NCBI GenBank assembly: GCA_038258055.1
Contig: JBBSQH010000015.1
Span: forward strand, 3,666-67,665
Reading direction: 5' to 3'
Length of the DNA: 64,000 bases
Origin: Actinomycetales bacterium
GTDB lineage: Bacteria; Actinomycetota; Actinomycetes; Actinomycetales; JBBAYJ01
Part shown: positions 18,872 through 27,846 of the stretch, piece by piece
How positions within the stretch are numbered: position 1 is the stretch's first letter
Layout: the number at the start of each line of letters is the position of its first letter
The notes under the pieces: model-generated
The model's database searches: none
Told to the model about the DNA's origin: nothing
The model's input: only the letters and a program-made list of their open reading frames with translations
Translations under genes and position numbers: made by a program

Positions 18872-21562
18872 GTGCGCCGATGGATGTACGCCCTGGGGGC
18901 CCCGGCCCTCGTAGGCGGACTCGTCGTCACGGCCCCGATCGCCGCGAGCTCAGCCGCGACGTTCCAGGTACCGGAGACCAACGACGACGCCGCGGACCCC
19001 GAGACCCTGCGCGGGGCCCTCGTCGAGGCCAACGCCGACGACGAGGCCGCCACCCTGGTCCTGACGGGTGGCGCGACATACACCCTCGACCTCGACGGAG
19101 CCGGCGAGGACGCCGCCGCCACGGGGGACCTCGACGTCACCACCGACATCACGATCGAGGGCAACGGCGCGACGATCGACGCGTCCGCCCTCGGCGACCG
19201 CGCGTTCCACGTGCTCGCCGGCGGCTCGCTGACGCTGGTCGACGTCACCGTCACCGGCGGCACGGCCGCCGACCCCGCCTCGGCTGCCGGTGGCGGCAGC
19301 GGCGGGGCGGTCCTCAACGCCGGGACCCTCCTCGCCGAGGGCTCGACGTTCAGCGGCAACGACGCGCTGCGGGCCGGCGGGGCCGTCGAGGCCTCCGCGG
19401 GCAGCACGACGACGCTGACCGACACCGACCTGACCGACAACAGCACCGGCCCCGAGCCGGGCAACGGCGGCGGCCTGCACCTGACCGGGGCGGGCACCGT
19501 GACCGTCGACGGCGGCACCGTCTCCGGCAACACCGCCACCGCCGAGGGCGGCGGCCTCTGGAACTCCGCGGCCGGCACCATGACGGTCACCGACGTCACC
19601 ATCACGGGCAACACCGCCTCGGGCGCCGACGCGACCCAGGGCGGTGGCGGCGTGTTCGCCGACGCCGGCGAGGGCGTGACCACCATCTCCGGCGGCACCA
19701 TCAGCGACAACGTCGCCGACGGCGCGGCCGGCTCCGGCGGCGGCATCCTCAACGACCAGGCCACGGTCGTGGTCGAGGGCACCACCATCAGCGGCAACAC
19801 CGCCGTCCGCGCGGGCGGCGGCATCGAGGCCAACATCGGTTCGACCACCCTCACCGGCGTCACGCTGGACGAGAACGAGACCGGCGAGGCCCCCGGCAAC
19901 GGCGGCGGCCTGCACGTCACCGGCGCCGGCGAGGCCGTCGTGACCGGGTCCACCGTCACCGGCAACACCGCCTCGCTCGAGGGCGGCGGGCTCTGGAACG
20001 GCAGCGGCACCATGACGGTCACCGACACCGAGGTCAGCGGGAACACCGCCTCCGGTGCGGCGGCCGACGACGGCGGCGGCGGCCTGTTCAACAACGGCGG
20101 CACGCTCGTCGTGACCGGCAGCGAGGTCACCGGCAACAGCGCGGACGGGGCCGCGGGCTCCGGCGGCGGCATCCTGACCCTGGCCGGCACCCTCACGGTG
20201 ACCGACAGCTCGGTCGACGGCAACGACGCCACCCGCGCGGGTGGCGGCGTCGAGGCGACCGAGGGCAGCACCACCACCCTGACCGGCGGCACGCTGTGGC
20301 AGAACGAGACGGGTGCGGCCCCCGGCAACGGCGGCGGCCTCCACCTGACCGGTGAGGGCACCGTCGAGATCGACGACATGACGGTGGCCGACAACACGGC
20401 GAGCGCCGAGGGCGGCGGGCTGTGGAACTCCGCGGCCGGCACCATGACCGTCACCGGCTCCGTGGTCAGCGGCAACACCGCCTCCGGCGCCGACGCGGAC
20501 CAGGGCGGCGGCGGGCTGTTCAACGACGGGGGCTCGCTCACCGTCACCGCCAGCACGGTCGACGCCAACACCGCCGACGGGGCCGCCGGCTCCGGCGGTG
20601 GCCTGCTCACCAACGGCGGCACCCTGGTGGTGTCCTCCAGCGACGTCACCGACAACACGGCCGTCCGCGCGGGCGGCGGCATCGAGGCCACGGTCGACGG
20701 CAGCGTCACCGAGGTCACCGACGTCCTGCTCGCGGGCAACTCCACCGGCGACGCCCCCGGCAACGGCGGCGGCCTGCACCTGACCGGCGCGGGCACCGTC
20801 AGCGTCACCGGTTCCACGGTCGCCGAGAACACCGCGACCAACGAGGGCGGCGGGCTCTGGAACTCCGGCGCCGGGACCATGACCGTCAGCGACACCACGC
20901 TGGTGGGCAACAGCACCGACGGCGACGGGGGCGGCCTCTACAACGACGGCGGTTCGCTGGAGGTCGTCGACTCCACCGTCAGCGGCAACACCGCCGCGGG
21001 CACGGGTGGCGGCGTCGCCGCCGCGGGCGAGACCCCGGCCGCGGCCGAGGACGTCACCCTGGTGCACGTCACGGTGACCGAGAACTCCAGCGGCGTGGCC
21101 GGTGCGCTCACGATCGGCAACTCGGTCGTGGCCGGCAACGACGGGGCCGACGGCACCGACGAGCAGGAGAGCCTGGGCGGCAACGTCACGGGACAGGGCC
21201 TGCCGGACGAGGCCGACGACGTCACCGACGTGACGGACCCGCAGCTCGGCGACCTGGCCGACAACGGCGGCACGACCGAGACGCACCTGCCCGCGGACGG
21301 CAGCCCGGCGGTCGACGCCGGGGTGGCGGACCTGGGCGACGACACCGACCAGCGCGGCGCGGCACGTCCCGTCGACGGCGGCACCGGCGTGGTGGCCCCG
21401 GACGCGGGCTCGGTCGAGGTGGCCGCTGACGGCGGCGGCAACGGCGGCGGCAACGGCGGCGACGACGACGGCGACGACGACGGCCGGGCCGGGAACGACG
21501 GCGGGATGGCTCCGGCCGCACCCGCCCGTCCGACCGGCGCGCAGCCCTCGTTCACCGGCTGA
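18872..21562 (+). CDS. secreted right-handed beta-helix repeat protein (CSLREA-like N-terminus, choice-of-anchor-Q-like C-terminal region)
   Basis: GAGGAG then GTG 18872 gives the signal peptide ALGAPALVGGLVVTAPIAASSA. TLRGALVEAN follows, then about 27-aa GGG-containing coils. The C-terminal region is LADNGGTTETHLPADGSPAVDAG...DQRGAARP, followed by an acidic G/D tail. Confidence 0.8.
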   Translation: MRRWMYALGAPALVGGLVVTAPIAASSAATFQVPETNDDAADPETLRGALVEANADDEAATLVLTGGATYTLDLDGAGEDAAATGDLDVTTDITIEGNGATIDASALGDRAFHVLAGGSLTLVDVTVTGGTAADPASAAGGGSGGAVLNAGTLLAEGSTFSGNDALRAGGAVEASAGSTTTLTDTDLTDNSTGPEPGNGGGLHLTGAGTVTVDGGTVSGNTATAEGGGLWNSAAGTMTVTDVTITGNTASGADATQGGGGVFADAGEGVTTISGGTISDNVADGAAGSGGGILNDQATVVVEGTTISGNTAVRAGGGIEANIGSTTLTGVTLDENETGEAPGNGGGLHVTGAGEAVVTGSTVTGNTASLEGGGLWNGSGTMTVTDTEVSGNTASGAAADDGGGGLFNNGGTLVVTGSEVTGNSADGAAGSGGGILTLAGTLTVTDSSVDGNDATRAGGGVEATEGSTTTLTGGTLWQNETGAAPGNGGGLHLTGEGTVEIDDMTVADNTASAEGGGLWNSAAGTMTVTGSVVSGNTASGADADQGGGGLFNDGGSLTVTASTVDANTADGAAGSGGGLLTNGGTLVVSSSDVTDNTAVRAGGGIEATVDGSVTEVTDVLLAGNSTGDAPGNGGGLHLTGAGTVSVTGSTVAENTATNEGGGLWNSGAGTMTVSDTTLVGNSTDGDGGGLYNDGGSLEVVDSTVSGNTAAGTGGGVAAAGETPAAAEDVTLVHVTVTENSSGVAGALTIGNSVVAGNDGADGTDEQESLGGNVTGQGLPDEADDVTDVTDPQLGDLADNGGTTETHLPADGSPAVDAGVADLGDDTDQRGAARPVDGGTGVVAPDAGSVEVAADGGGNGGGNGGDDDGDDDGRAGNDGGMAPAAPARPTGAQPSFTG
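19300..21010 (+). repeat. intragenic tandem super-repeat, about 430-436 bp (about 144 aa, five beta-helix coils) x about 3.5
   Basis: The 21-mer GGCAACGGCGGCGGCCTGCAC recurs at 19459, 19895, 20324 and 20759. Each unit cycles through the coil types PGNGGGLHLTG / EGGGLWNS / QGGGGLFN / GSGGGIL / RAGGGIEA. Confidence 0.8.
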
Positions 21563-21622
21563 GTGGTGCGGGCGGTGGTCGACGCCACCGCCCGGCGCCA
21601 CCCGGACAGACGAGCTGACCAC

Positions 21623-21670
21623 GACCGCCCCGGGCCTCGGGGGCCCCACCCCTCGGGGCCCGGGGCGGTC
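21623..21670 (+). terminator. hairpin after the beta-helix gene
   Basis: GACCGCCCCGGGC ... GCCCGGGGCGGTC, a 13-bp perfect stem with a 22-nt loop. It ends 27 nt before the sigma-factor start. Confidence 0.5.
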
Positions 21671-21696
21671 GTCCGACACGTGGAGGACCCGACGTC

Positions 21697-22266
21697 GTGC
21701 GTACCCTCGGGCCCGTGGACCCGGACCCCGAGCAGGAGCGGCAGCTCCTGGCCCGGGCCCGGGACCTCGACCCCGACGCGTGGGAGACGGTCTACCGCCG
21801 CTCGTACCCGAGGTTCGTCGACTACGCGCGCCGTCGGCTGCCGGCCGGAGCCGACCCGGACGACGCCGTGAGCGAGGCGATGGCCCGGGCCATGGACCGG
21901 GTCACCGCCCTGGAGGACCGGGGGCTCCGGCTGGAGGCCTGGCTCTACGGCATCCTGCGCAACGTCGTCCTGGAGCAGGTGCGCTCGCTCGGCCGGGGCT
22001 CGGACCCGACCCCGGAGCACCACCTGCCGGACCCTGGCCCGGGCCCGCTGGAACGGGTGCTCGACCAGGAGCTCGCGGGGTCGTTGCGGCTGGCCTTCAC
22101 GGGCCTGTCCGACGACGACCAGGAGGTCCTGTGGCTCCGGCTGGTGGGCGGGCTGTCCTCGGCCGAGGTGGCCGACGTGGTGGGCCGCCGCGAAGGAGCC
22201 GTCCGGCAGGCCCAGTCCCGTGCGCTCGAGAGGCTCAGACGACGGATGGAGGAGGTGCACCCGTGA
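21697..22266 (+). CDS. ECF-type RNA polymerase sigma-70 family factor
   Basis: Region 2 is EAWLYGILRNVVLEQVR. Region 4 is LSSAEVADVVGRREGAVRQAQSRALERLR. GTG start. Confidence 0.85.
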   Translation: MRTLGPVDPDPEQERQLLARARDLDPDAWETVYRRSYPRFVDYARRRLPAGADPDDAVSEAMARAMDRVTALEDRGLRLEAWLYGILRNVVLEQVRSLGRGSDPTPEHHLPDPGPGPLERVLDQELAGSLRLAFTGLSDDDQEVLWLRLVGGLSSAEVADVVGRREGAVRQAQSRALERLRRRMEEVHP

Positions 22267-22910
22267 CCGACGACGAGATCGAACGTCACCTGGCGGACGC
22301 GCTGTCGCCTGCCGACGTCCAGCCCCCGGCCGACCGGGTCGCCGCCCTGCGCGCCCGCGCCGAGCAGGCCCGGACCGCCCGGACCGACCCGGCAGCCACC
22401 GACCCCGCTCCCGTGCCGCTCACCCCGGCCCGCCGCAACCGGTTGCTGCTCGCCCTCGCGGCGGGGGTCGCGCTGCTGGCCGCGGCCGGGGCGCTGGGGG
22501 CCGCCATGACGTCGGGCCCCGAGGGTTCCGAGCAGGACCTGCTCGCCCGCGGTGTCCCGGAGTTCACCGCCGACCTGGCCGGCGACGGGGCGCAGGTGAG
22601 CGTCGACGGCTCACGAGCCCCCGAGGGCCGGATCGTCGTGCTCGAGTCCGACACCCTGCCGATCCTCCCGCTCGGGGAGTACTACGAGCTGTGGTTCGTG
22701 GGGCCGACCGACTCCCCCGAGACGCCGGACCGGGTCTCGGCCGGGACGTTCCACCCGGACTACGACGACGGCCTCACCCTCGTCGTCCTGCACGCCGCGG
22801 TCGACCCCGACCTGTTCCCCGAGCTGGAGATCACGGCCGAGGTCGCCGACGGCGACCCGGCCCCCTCGGACGACGTCGTGCTCCGCGGCCCGCTGGAGCC
22901 CACCGGCTGA
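22263..22910 (+). CDS. anti-sigma factor, single-pass membrane, RskA-like extracytoplasmic domain
   Basis: GTGA overlap with the sigma stop. One TM (LLLALAAGVALLAAAGALGAAM). The C-terminal domain contains GEYYELWFVGP...VSAGTF, typical of the anti-sigma-K (RskA) C-terminal family. No HxxxCxxC is present. Confidence 0.7.
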   Translation: MTDDEIERHLADALSPADVQPPADRVAALRARAEQARTARTDPAATDPAPVPLTPARRNRLLLALAAGVALLAAAGALGAAMTSGPEGSEQDLLARGVPEFTADLAGDGAQVSVDGSRAPEGRIVVLESDTLPILPLGEYYELWFVGPTDSPETPDRVSAGTFHPDYDDGLTLVVLHAAVDPDLFPELEITAEVADGDPAPSDDVVLRGPLEPTG

Positions 22911-22932
22911 CAGCCGGAATAGTCTTCCCCAG

Positions 22933-25182
22933 GTGCCCCTGGTCCCCGTGCGCCGGCTCGTCGCCCACCCGGTCGACGGCCTGCCCACCGGCCCCGACGG
23001 CCCGACGCAGGTCGCGCTCGCCCTGGCCGGTCTGGCCGGGACCCGGCGGCTGTCCGCGCTCAGCGGGACCTGGAGCGGCACCCCGTTCCTGGTCTCGGCC
23101 GACCCGCAGCTGGTCGTGGAGCGGGACCTCGCCGACGCCGGACCCCCCGGTGGTGACCTGGACGTCCAGGGCCTCGAGGAGCTCGTGGCGACGCTGGACT
23201 CCGCCCAGGTCCCCCTGACGCGTGACCTGCGGGCCCCGGCCGGTGCGGTGGGCGGCGGCTGGTTCACCATGCTGGGCCACGCCCTCGGCCGGGCGACGGG
23301 CCGCGTCCGGACGCCGGCGGCCCGGACCGCGGGCCCGCGGCTGCCGGTGGTGGTGTCCTGCTTCCACGACCACGTGCTGCGCTTCGACGGCGAGCGCTGG
23401 TGGGCGGAGGCGCTGGACGACGGCGACGGTTCCGGCTCGTCCCGCGCGCTCGCGCTGGCCGAGCACGCCCGTGCCGGCCTGGCCGACGACCACCCCGGTC
23501 CCCGCGGTCGGACCGGCCCCCGGACCGACGGCTCGACCCGGCCCGCCACCGCCACGCCGGCGCGACGGCTGGGTCGGCTGCCCGACGCGGCCGCCCACAT
23601 GGCGGCCGTCGAGCAGGTGGTCACCGCCGTCCGCGGCGGCGACATCGCGCAGGCCAACGTGTGCACCCGCTTCGGGCTCCACCTGCCCGACGGGGCCGGG
23701 GCCGCCGTGCGGGCCTGGACCGACCTGGTCCGCGCCCTGGCCCCGGACCGGGCCGCCCTGGTGACCGGTCCGTGGGGTGCCCTGGTGGGCGCCTCCCCCG
23801 AGCTCTACCTCCAGCTGAAGGGAGGGGAGGTCCGCTCGGCCCCCATCAAGGGGACCCGGCCGGCCGACGAGGCGGCCGCCCTGCGGGCCTCGGCCAAGGA
23901 CACCAGCGAGAACATCATGATCGTCGACCTGGTCCGCAACGACCTGTCCCGGGTCTGCGAGCCGGGGTCGGTCCGGGTCGAGGAGCTGCTCGCGGTCCGC
24001 TCCCACACCGGGGTGTCGCACCTGGTGTCGCAGGTGAGCGGCCGGCTGCTGCCACGCACCGGACCGGGCGAGGTGGTGCGGGCCACGTTCCCGCCGGGCT
24101 CGGTCACCGGCACCCCCAAGCAGCGGGCCACCGAGGTCACCGACGGGCTGGAGCCCGCCGCGCGCGGTGCCCACACCGGCGCGGTCGGGTTCCTGGGTCC
24201 TCGGCTGCAGGACCTGGCCGTCACCATCCGCAGCCTGGAGGTCGCTCCGGACGGCACGGCGGCGCTGGGGGTGGGCGGCGGCATCGTCGCGGACTCGACC
24301 CCCGCCGAGGAGTGGCTCGAGGTCCTCACCAAGGCGTCCCCGTTGCTGCGGGCCCTGGGCGTCGACCCGCCGGTCGCGGCCCGCACCACCGCGGCCCGCA
24401 AGGGGGTGGCCGACCCGGGGCACGGCCTGATCGAGACCGTGCTGGCCGTCGACGCCCACGCCGTCGAGGTCGCCGACCACGCGGCCCGGCTGCGCCGCTC
24501 CGTCTGGGAGCTGACGGGTCTGACCCTCCCTGAGGGTCTGGAGGACGTCGAGGCCCTGCTGGCCCGGGCCGCCGCCGACGCGGGCCCGGGCGCCCACCGG
24601 CTACGGGTCCGTCAGCCGCTGCCGGTCCGGGGCCGACCGTCGGGGCGGACGGTGGTGGAGGTCGAGCCCGCTGACCGGCCGGTGCCGGCGGACGCCTCGA
24701 CCGGTCTCGTGCTGGGGGTGGCCGAGGCGCCCGAGCACGGGCTCGAGCGGCACAAGTTCGCCGACCGTCGGTGGGTCGACGCGGCCCTGGCCGCAGGTCG
24801 GCACGACGTCCCGGACGCCCACGACGTGGTGCTGCGGACCCGGGCCGGTGAGCTGCTCGAGACGACCCGGGCCTGCCTGCTCGCGGTCCTCCCGGCCGCC
24901 GGCTCGACCGCCCCGACGCTGCTCACCCCGCCGTGCGACGGCCGGGTGCTGCCGGGGGTCACGCGGCAGGTGCTGGTGGACCTGGCCCGGGCCCGGGGCT
25001 GGCAGGTGCGGCTGGGCCGGGTGGACGACGACGTGCTGGCCCGGTCGGAGGCCCTGCTGTGCGCCAACGCGCTGCGCGGCGCCGGCTGGGTCGCCCGGCT
25101 CGGCCCGCACCGCTGGGAGGCGCCGTCAGCCGCCGCCGTCACCCTGTCCCGAGCGCTCCTGCAGCGGTGGCGCCTGCTCTGA
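22933..25182 (+). CDS. pabB: aminodeoxychorismate synthase component I fused to an aminodeoxychorismate lyase-like class-IV aminotransferase domain
   Basis: The chorismate-binding core contains SPELYLQLKGGEVRSAPIKGTRP, ENIMIVDLVRNDLSRV, FPPGSVTGTPKQRA and GVGGGIVADSTPAEEW. The C-terminal ~270 aa have fold-type IV features (HKFADR..., LPGVTRQVLVDLA). Confidence 0.85.
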   Translation: MPLVPVRRLVAHPVDGLPTGPDGPTQVALALAGLAGTRRLSALSGTWSGTPFLVSADPQLVVERDLADAGPPGGDLDVQGLEELVATLDSAQVPLTRDLRAPAGAVGGGWFTMLGHALGRATGRVRTPAARTAGPRLPVVVSCFHDHVLRFDGERWWAEALDDGDGSGSSRALALAEHARAGLADDHPGPRGRTGPRTDGSTRPATATPARRLGRLPDAAAHMAAVEQVVTAVRGGDIAQANVCTRFGLHLPDGAGAAVRAWTDLVRALAPDRAALVTGPWGALVGASPELYLQLKGGEVRSAPIKGTRPADEAAALRASAKDTSENIMIVDLVRNDLSRVCEPGSVRVEELLAVRSHTGVSHLVSQVSGRLLPRTGPGEVVRATFPPGSVTGTPKQRATEVTDGLEPAARGAHTGAVGFLGPRLQDLAVTIRSLEVAPDGTAALGVGGGIVADSTPAEEWLEVLTKASPLLRALGVDPPVAARTTAARKGVADPGHGLIETVLAVDAHAVEVADHAARLRRSVWELTGLTLPEGLEDVEALLARAAADAGPGAHRLRVRQPLPVRGRPSGRTVVEVEPADRPVPADASTGLVLGVAEAPEHGLERHKFADRRWVDAALAAGRHDVPDAHDVVLRTRAGELLETTRACLLAVLPAAGSTAPTLLTPPCDGRVLPGVTRQVLVDLARARGWQVRLGRVDDDVLARSEALLCANALRGAGWVARLGPHRWEAPSAAAVTLSRALLQRWRLL

Positions 25183-25334
25183 GCCGTGGGTCGCCTGCTC
25201 CGTTCCGGTGACCTCCGGTGCTCCGATCCGGTGACCGCGGCGACCAGGGCTGCCCTGCGGACCCGTCGGCGCCGAATGGTTGACGAGGCCCTGCCGCCAC
25301 CAGGGCCGTCCCGACCGAGGAGACGAGGACCCCG

Positions 25335-27071
25335 ATGTCCGCCGCACACCCCATCGCCAGGTTCGTGCCCACGGGGAACCTGCTGGCCCCTGACGTGTTC
25401 GCCAGCCGGCACCGGCTGCTGGTCCGGCTCCTCCTGGCACACGTCCCGGTGCTGTTCGTCATCGGGGTGGCCCGGGGGTACGACCCGCTTCTGACGGCCC
25501 TGGAGGTGCTGCCCGCCCTGCTGGCGGCCGCCGCAGCGTCCGTCGGCGGCGAGCGCCGCACCCGGATGCGGGCGGTCCTGGTCACCGCGGGGCTGTCGTG
25601 GACGTCGATCGTGCTGGTGCACGTGACGGGTGGGCAGATCGAGTCCCACTTCCACTTCTTCATCGTGCTCGGGTTCATCGCGCTCTACCAGGACTGGCTC
25701 CCGTTCACCTGGTACATCGGGTTCACCGCGCTCAGCCACGGCCTGGGCTCCGGCATCGTGCCGGACCTGGTGTTCAACCACGCCGCGGGCCAGGCGGACC
25801 CGTGGCTCTGGTCGGCCATCCACGCCGGCGGGGTCGCGATGCTCAGCATCGGGCTCATCATCTTCTGGTCCAACACCGAGGCCGAGCAGCGGCGGGCCAC
25901 GTCGCTCGCGACCGAGCTCAGCGCCCGCGACCTGGAGCGCGCCCGGGCCGACATCGCCCAGCGCCAGGCGCAGAGCCAGATGCTGCTCAACCTGGCCCGA
26001 CGCAACCAGTCGCTGGTCCAGCGCCAGCTCGACACCATCGAGGTCCTCGAGACCGACGAGCAGCGCCCCGAGGTGCTGGACCGGCTGTTCAGCCTCGACC
26101 ACATGTCGACGCGGATGCGCCGCAACGCCGAGTCGCTGCTGGTGCTGTCCGGCGCCGAGCCCGCGCGGATCTGGCGCGAGCCGGTCCCGCTGAGCGACGT
26201 GCTGCGCGCCGCCATCAGCGAGGTCGAGGACTACCAGCGCATCGACCTGCTGCTGGGTGAGGACCCGAGCATCGAGGGCCGCGCCGCCGCCGACCTGTCC
26301 CACCTGTTCGCCGAGCTGGTGGAGAACTCGGCCGCGAGCTCCCCGCCCAGCACGCGCGTGCAGGTGTCCGCCGAGACGTCCCCGTCGGGGGACCTCGTGG
26401 TGGTCGTGCGCGACCACGGCGTCGGCATGGACGCCACCACCCTGGCCGAGGCGCGCGCCCTGCTCGGCTCCGGGGCCGGGTCCGACGGCGACGCCCACCC
26501 GCTGACCCCCGGCGACGCCCGGCTCGGGCTCCAGGTGGTCGGGGCGCTGGCCCGTCGCTACGGGCTGCAGGTGGACCTGGAGGCCGGCCCGGGCGGCACC
26601 GCCGTGCAGGTGGTCGTCCCCGCCGGGCTGGTCCTGGAGGAGGAGGTCCCCGTCACACCGGCGTTCGAGCCGGCCTTCGCGACGTCCGGGCCCGCCCACC
26701 AGGCCGCCGTACCCGTCCAGCCGGCCGTGACGGGGGCGCTGCCCGGACGCCGGTCGCACGCCGTCCCGACGCAGACCCGGCCCACGCAGTCCCCTGGGCC
26801 CGACCTGTGGGCCCCCGCGTCGACCGCCCCGGCGCCCCCCGTCGACCCTGCACCGGCCCGCACCGCGGAGCCCGTGCCCGCGGCCTCGGCGTTCGCCGCC
26901 TTCACGTCCCGTCAGCCCGGCCCCGACGCGGTCGCGACGCAGGACTCCTCCCGGCCCGGGCTGCCCGGCACGGGTTTGCCCGCCCTGCCGCGGCGCAACC
27001 GCGACGACGAGGTCGCCCAGGCCGCCCCGGTCGACCTGTGGGCCGGCAGCGACGACGGCGGCCAGGCATGA
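25335..27071 (+). CDS. cvnA: conservon sensor-kinase-like protein (CvnA type) with multi-TM N-terminus
   Basis: About six hydrophobic segments, including GGQIESHFHFFIVLGF, are followed by a coiled coil and LFSLDHMSTRMRRNAESLL. The ATPase N-box is FAELVENS and the G1 box is VRDHGVGMD. The tail is a ~140-aa Pro-rich region. Confidence 0.8.
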   Translation: MSAAHPIARFVPTGNLLAPDVFASRHRLLVRLLLAHVPVLFVIGVARGYDPLLTALEVLPALLAAAAASVGGERRTRMRAVLVTAGLSWTSIVLVHVTGGQIESHFHFFIVLGFIALYQDWLPFTWYIGFTALSHGLGSGIVPDLVFNHAAGQADPWLWSAIHAGGVAMLSIGLIIFWSNTEAEQRRATSLATELSARDLERARADIAQRQAQSQMLLNLARRNQSLVQRQLDTIEVLETDEQRPEVLDRLFSLDHMSTRMRRNAESLLVLSGAEPARIWREPVPLSDVLRAAISEVEDYQRIDLLLGEDPSIEGRAAADLSHLFAELVENSAASSPPSTRVQVSAETSPSGDLVVVVRDHGVGMDATTLAEARALLGSGAGSDGDAHPLTPGDARLGLQVVGALARRYGLQVDLEAGPGGTAVQVVVPAGLVLEEEVPVTPAFEPAFATSGPAHQAAVPVQPAVTGALPGRRSHAVPTQTRPTQSPGPDLWAPASTAPAPPVDPAPARTAEPVPAASAFAAFTSRQPGPDAVATQDSSRPGLPGTGLPALPRRNRDDEVAQAAPVDLWAGSDDGGQA

Positions 27072-27526
27072 GCACCACCCCGGTCGCGCCCGAGGCGCTG
27101 GGCGCCGACCTGGACTGGGTGATGTCCGGGCTGAAGAAGAAGGTCCCCGGCGTCCTGCACGCCCTCACCGCCACCGCCGACGGGCTGCACCTGGCCAGCA
27201 CCCCGGGCCTGGACCCGGCGACCCAGAAGCTGCTGTCGTCCATCACGTCCGGCCTGGCGAGCCTGACCGCCTCGGCGGCGACGACCTGCGGCGCCCAGCG
27301 GCCCGTGCAGACCCTGGTCGAGATCGACCGGGGCTTCATGATCGTCGCCAGCATCGCCGACACCGCCGCCGTCATCGTCCTCACCTCGCGCGAGGTCGAC
27401 CTGGGCCTGGTCGGCTACGAGCTCGGCCTGCTGGTCCAGCGCATCGGACGGGTGCTCACCCCCGAGCTCCGGGGCACCACCGGGGTGCCCGCGCAGGTGG
27501 GGCAGGCCGACCGGGAGGACCTGTGA
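27068..27526 (+). CDS. cvnB: roadblock/LC7 (MglB-like) domain protein (CvnB type)
   Basis: ATGA overlap with cvnA. LDWVMSGLKKKVPGVLHALTATADGLHLAS...GFMIVASIADTAAVIVLTS is typical roadblock/LC7 sequence. Confidence 0.85.
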   Translation: MSTTPVAPEALGADLDWVMSGLKKKVPGVLHALTATADGLHLASTPGLDPATQKLLSSITSGLASLTASAATTCGAQRPVQTLVEIDRGFMIVASIADTAAVIVLTSREVDLGLVGYELGLLVQRIGRVLTPELRGTTGVPAQVGQADREDL

Positions 27527-27846
27527 CGGGCCGCATGGTCCGGCCGTTCGCCATGGTGTCGGGCCGCACCCGCGCCACCCTGCCCCTGGAGTCGCAGGTC
27601 CGCGCCACCGACGCCGGTCGTGAGGCCGCCGCCGCGCTGCGCTTCGAGCTGGGCGACGTCGTCCGGCTCTGCCTGGAGCCCCGCTCCGTGGCCGAGGTCG
27701 CCGCGCTGCTGCAGCTCCCGCTCGCCGTGGCCCGGATCCTGGTCGCCGACGGCCAGGACTCCGGCTTCCTCATCGTCAGCCGCACCTCCGACCCCCGGTC
27801 CCCGGCCTTCCTGGAAGAGGTGCTCCATGCACTCGGCACTCCCTGA
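27523..27846 (+). CDS. cvnC: DUF742 protein (CvnC type)
   Basis: GTGA overlap with cvnB. MVRPFAMVSGRTRA...SVAEVAALLQLPLAVARILVADGQDSGFL is the DUF742 pattern. Confidence 0.8.
   Translation: MTGRMVRPFAMVSGRTRATLPLESQVRATDAGREAAAALRFELGDVVRLCLEPRSVAEVAALLQLPLAVARILVADGQDSGFLIVSRTSDPRSPAFLEEVLHALGTP

Noticed and set aside
19300-21010. Regularly spaced nucleotide repeats that might be mistaken for a CRISPR or other non-coding array.
   Set aside because: The period is ~430 bp and lies entirely within a coding frame with strong GC3 bias. There are no short repeat-spacer units and no cas genes.
21540-21640. Possible LPXTG-like sorting signal (PSFTG) at the end of the beta-helix protein, perhaps continued by read-through into ORF 21563..21871.
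   Set aside because: PSFTG does not fit L-P-x-T-G spacing. The read-through sequence has only ~8 hydrophobic residues and no proper TM plus basic tail. The region forms a terminator-like hairpin and shows no coding bias.
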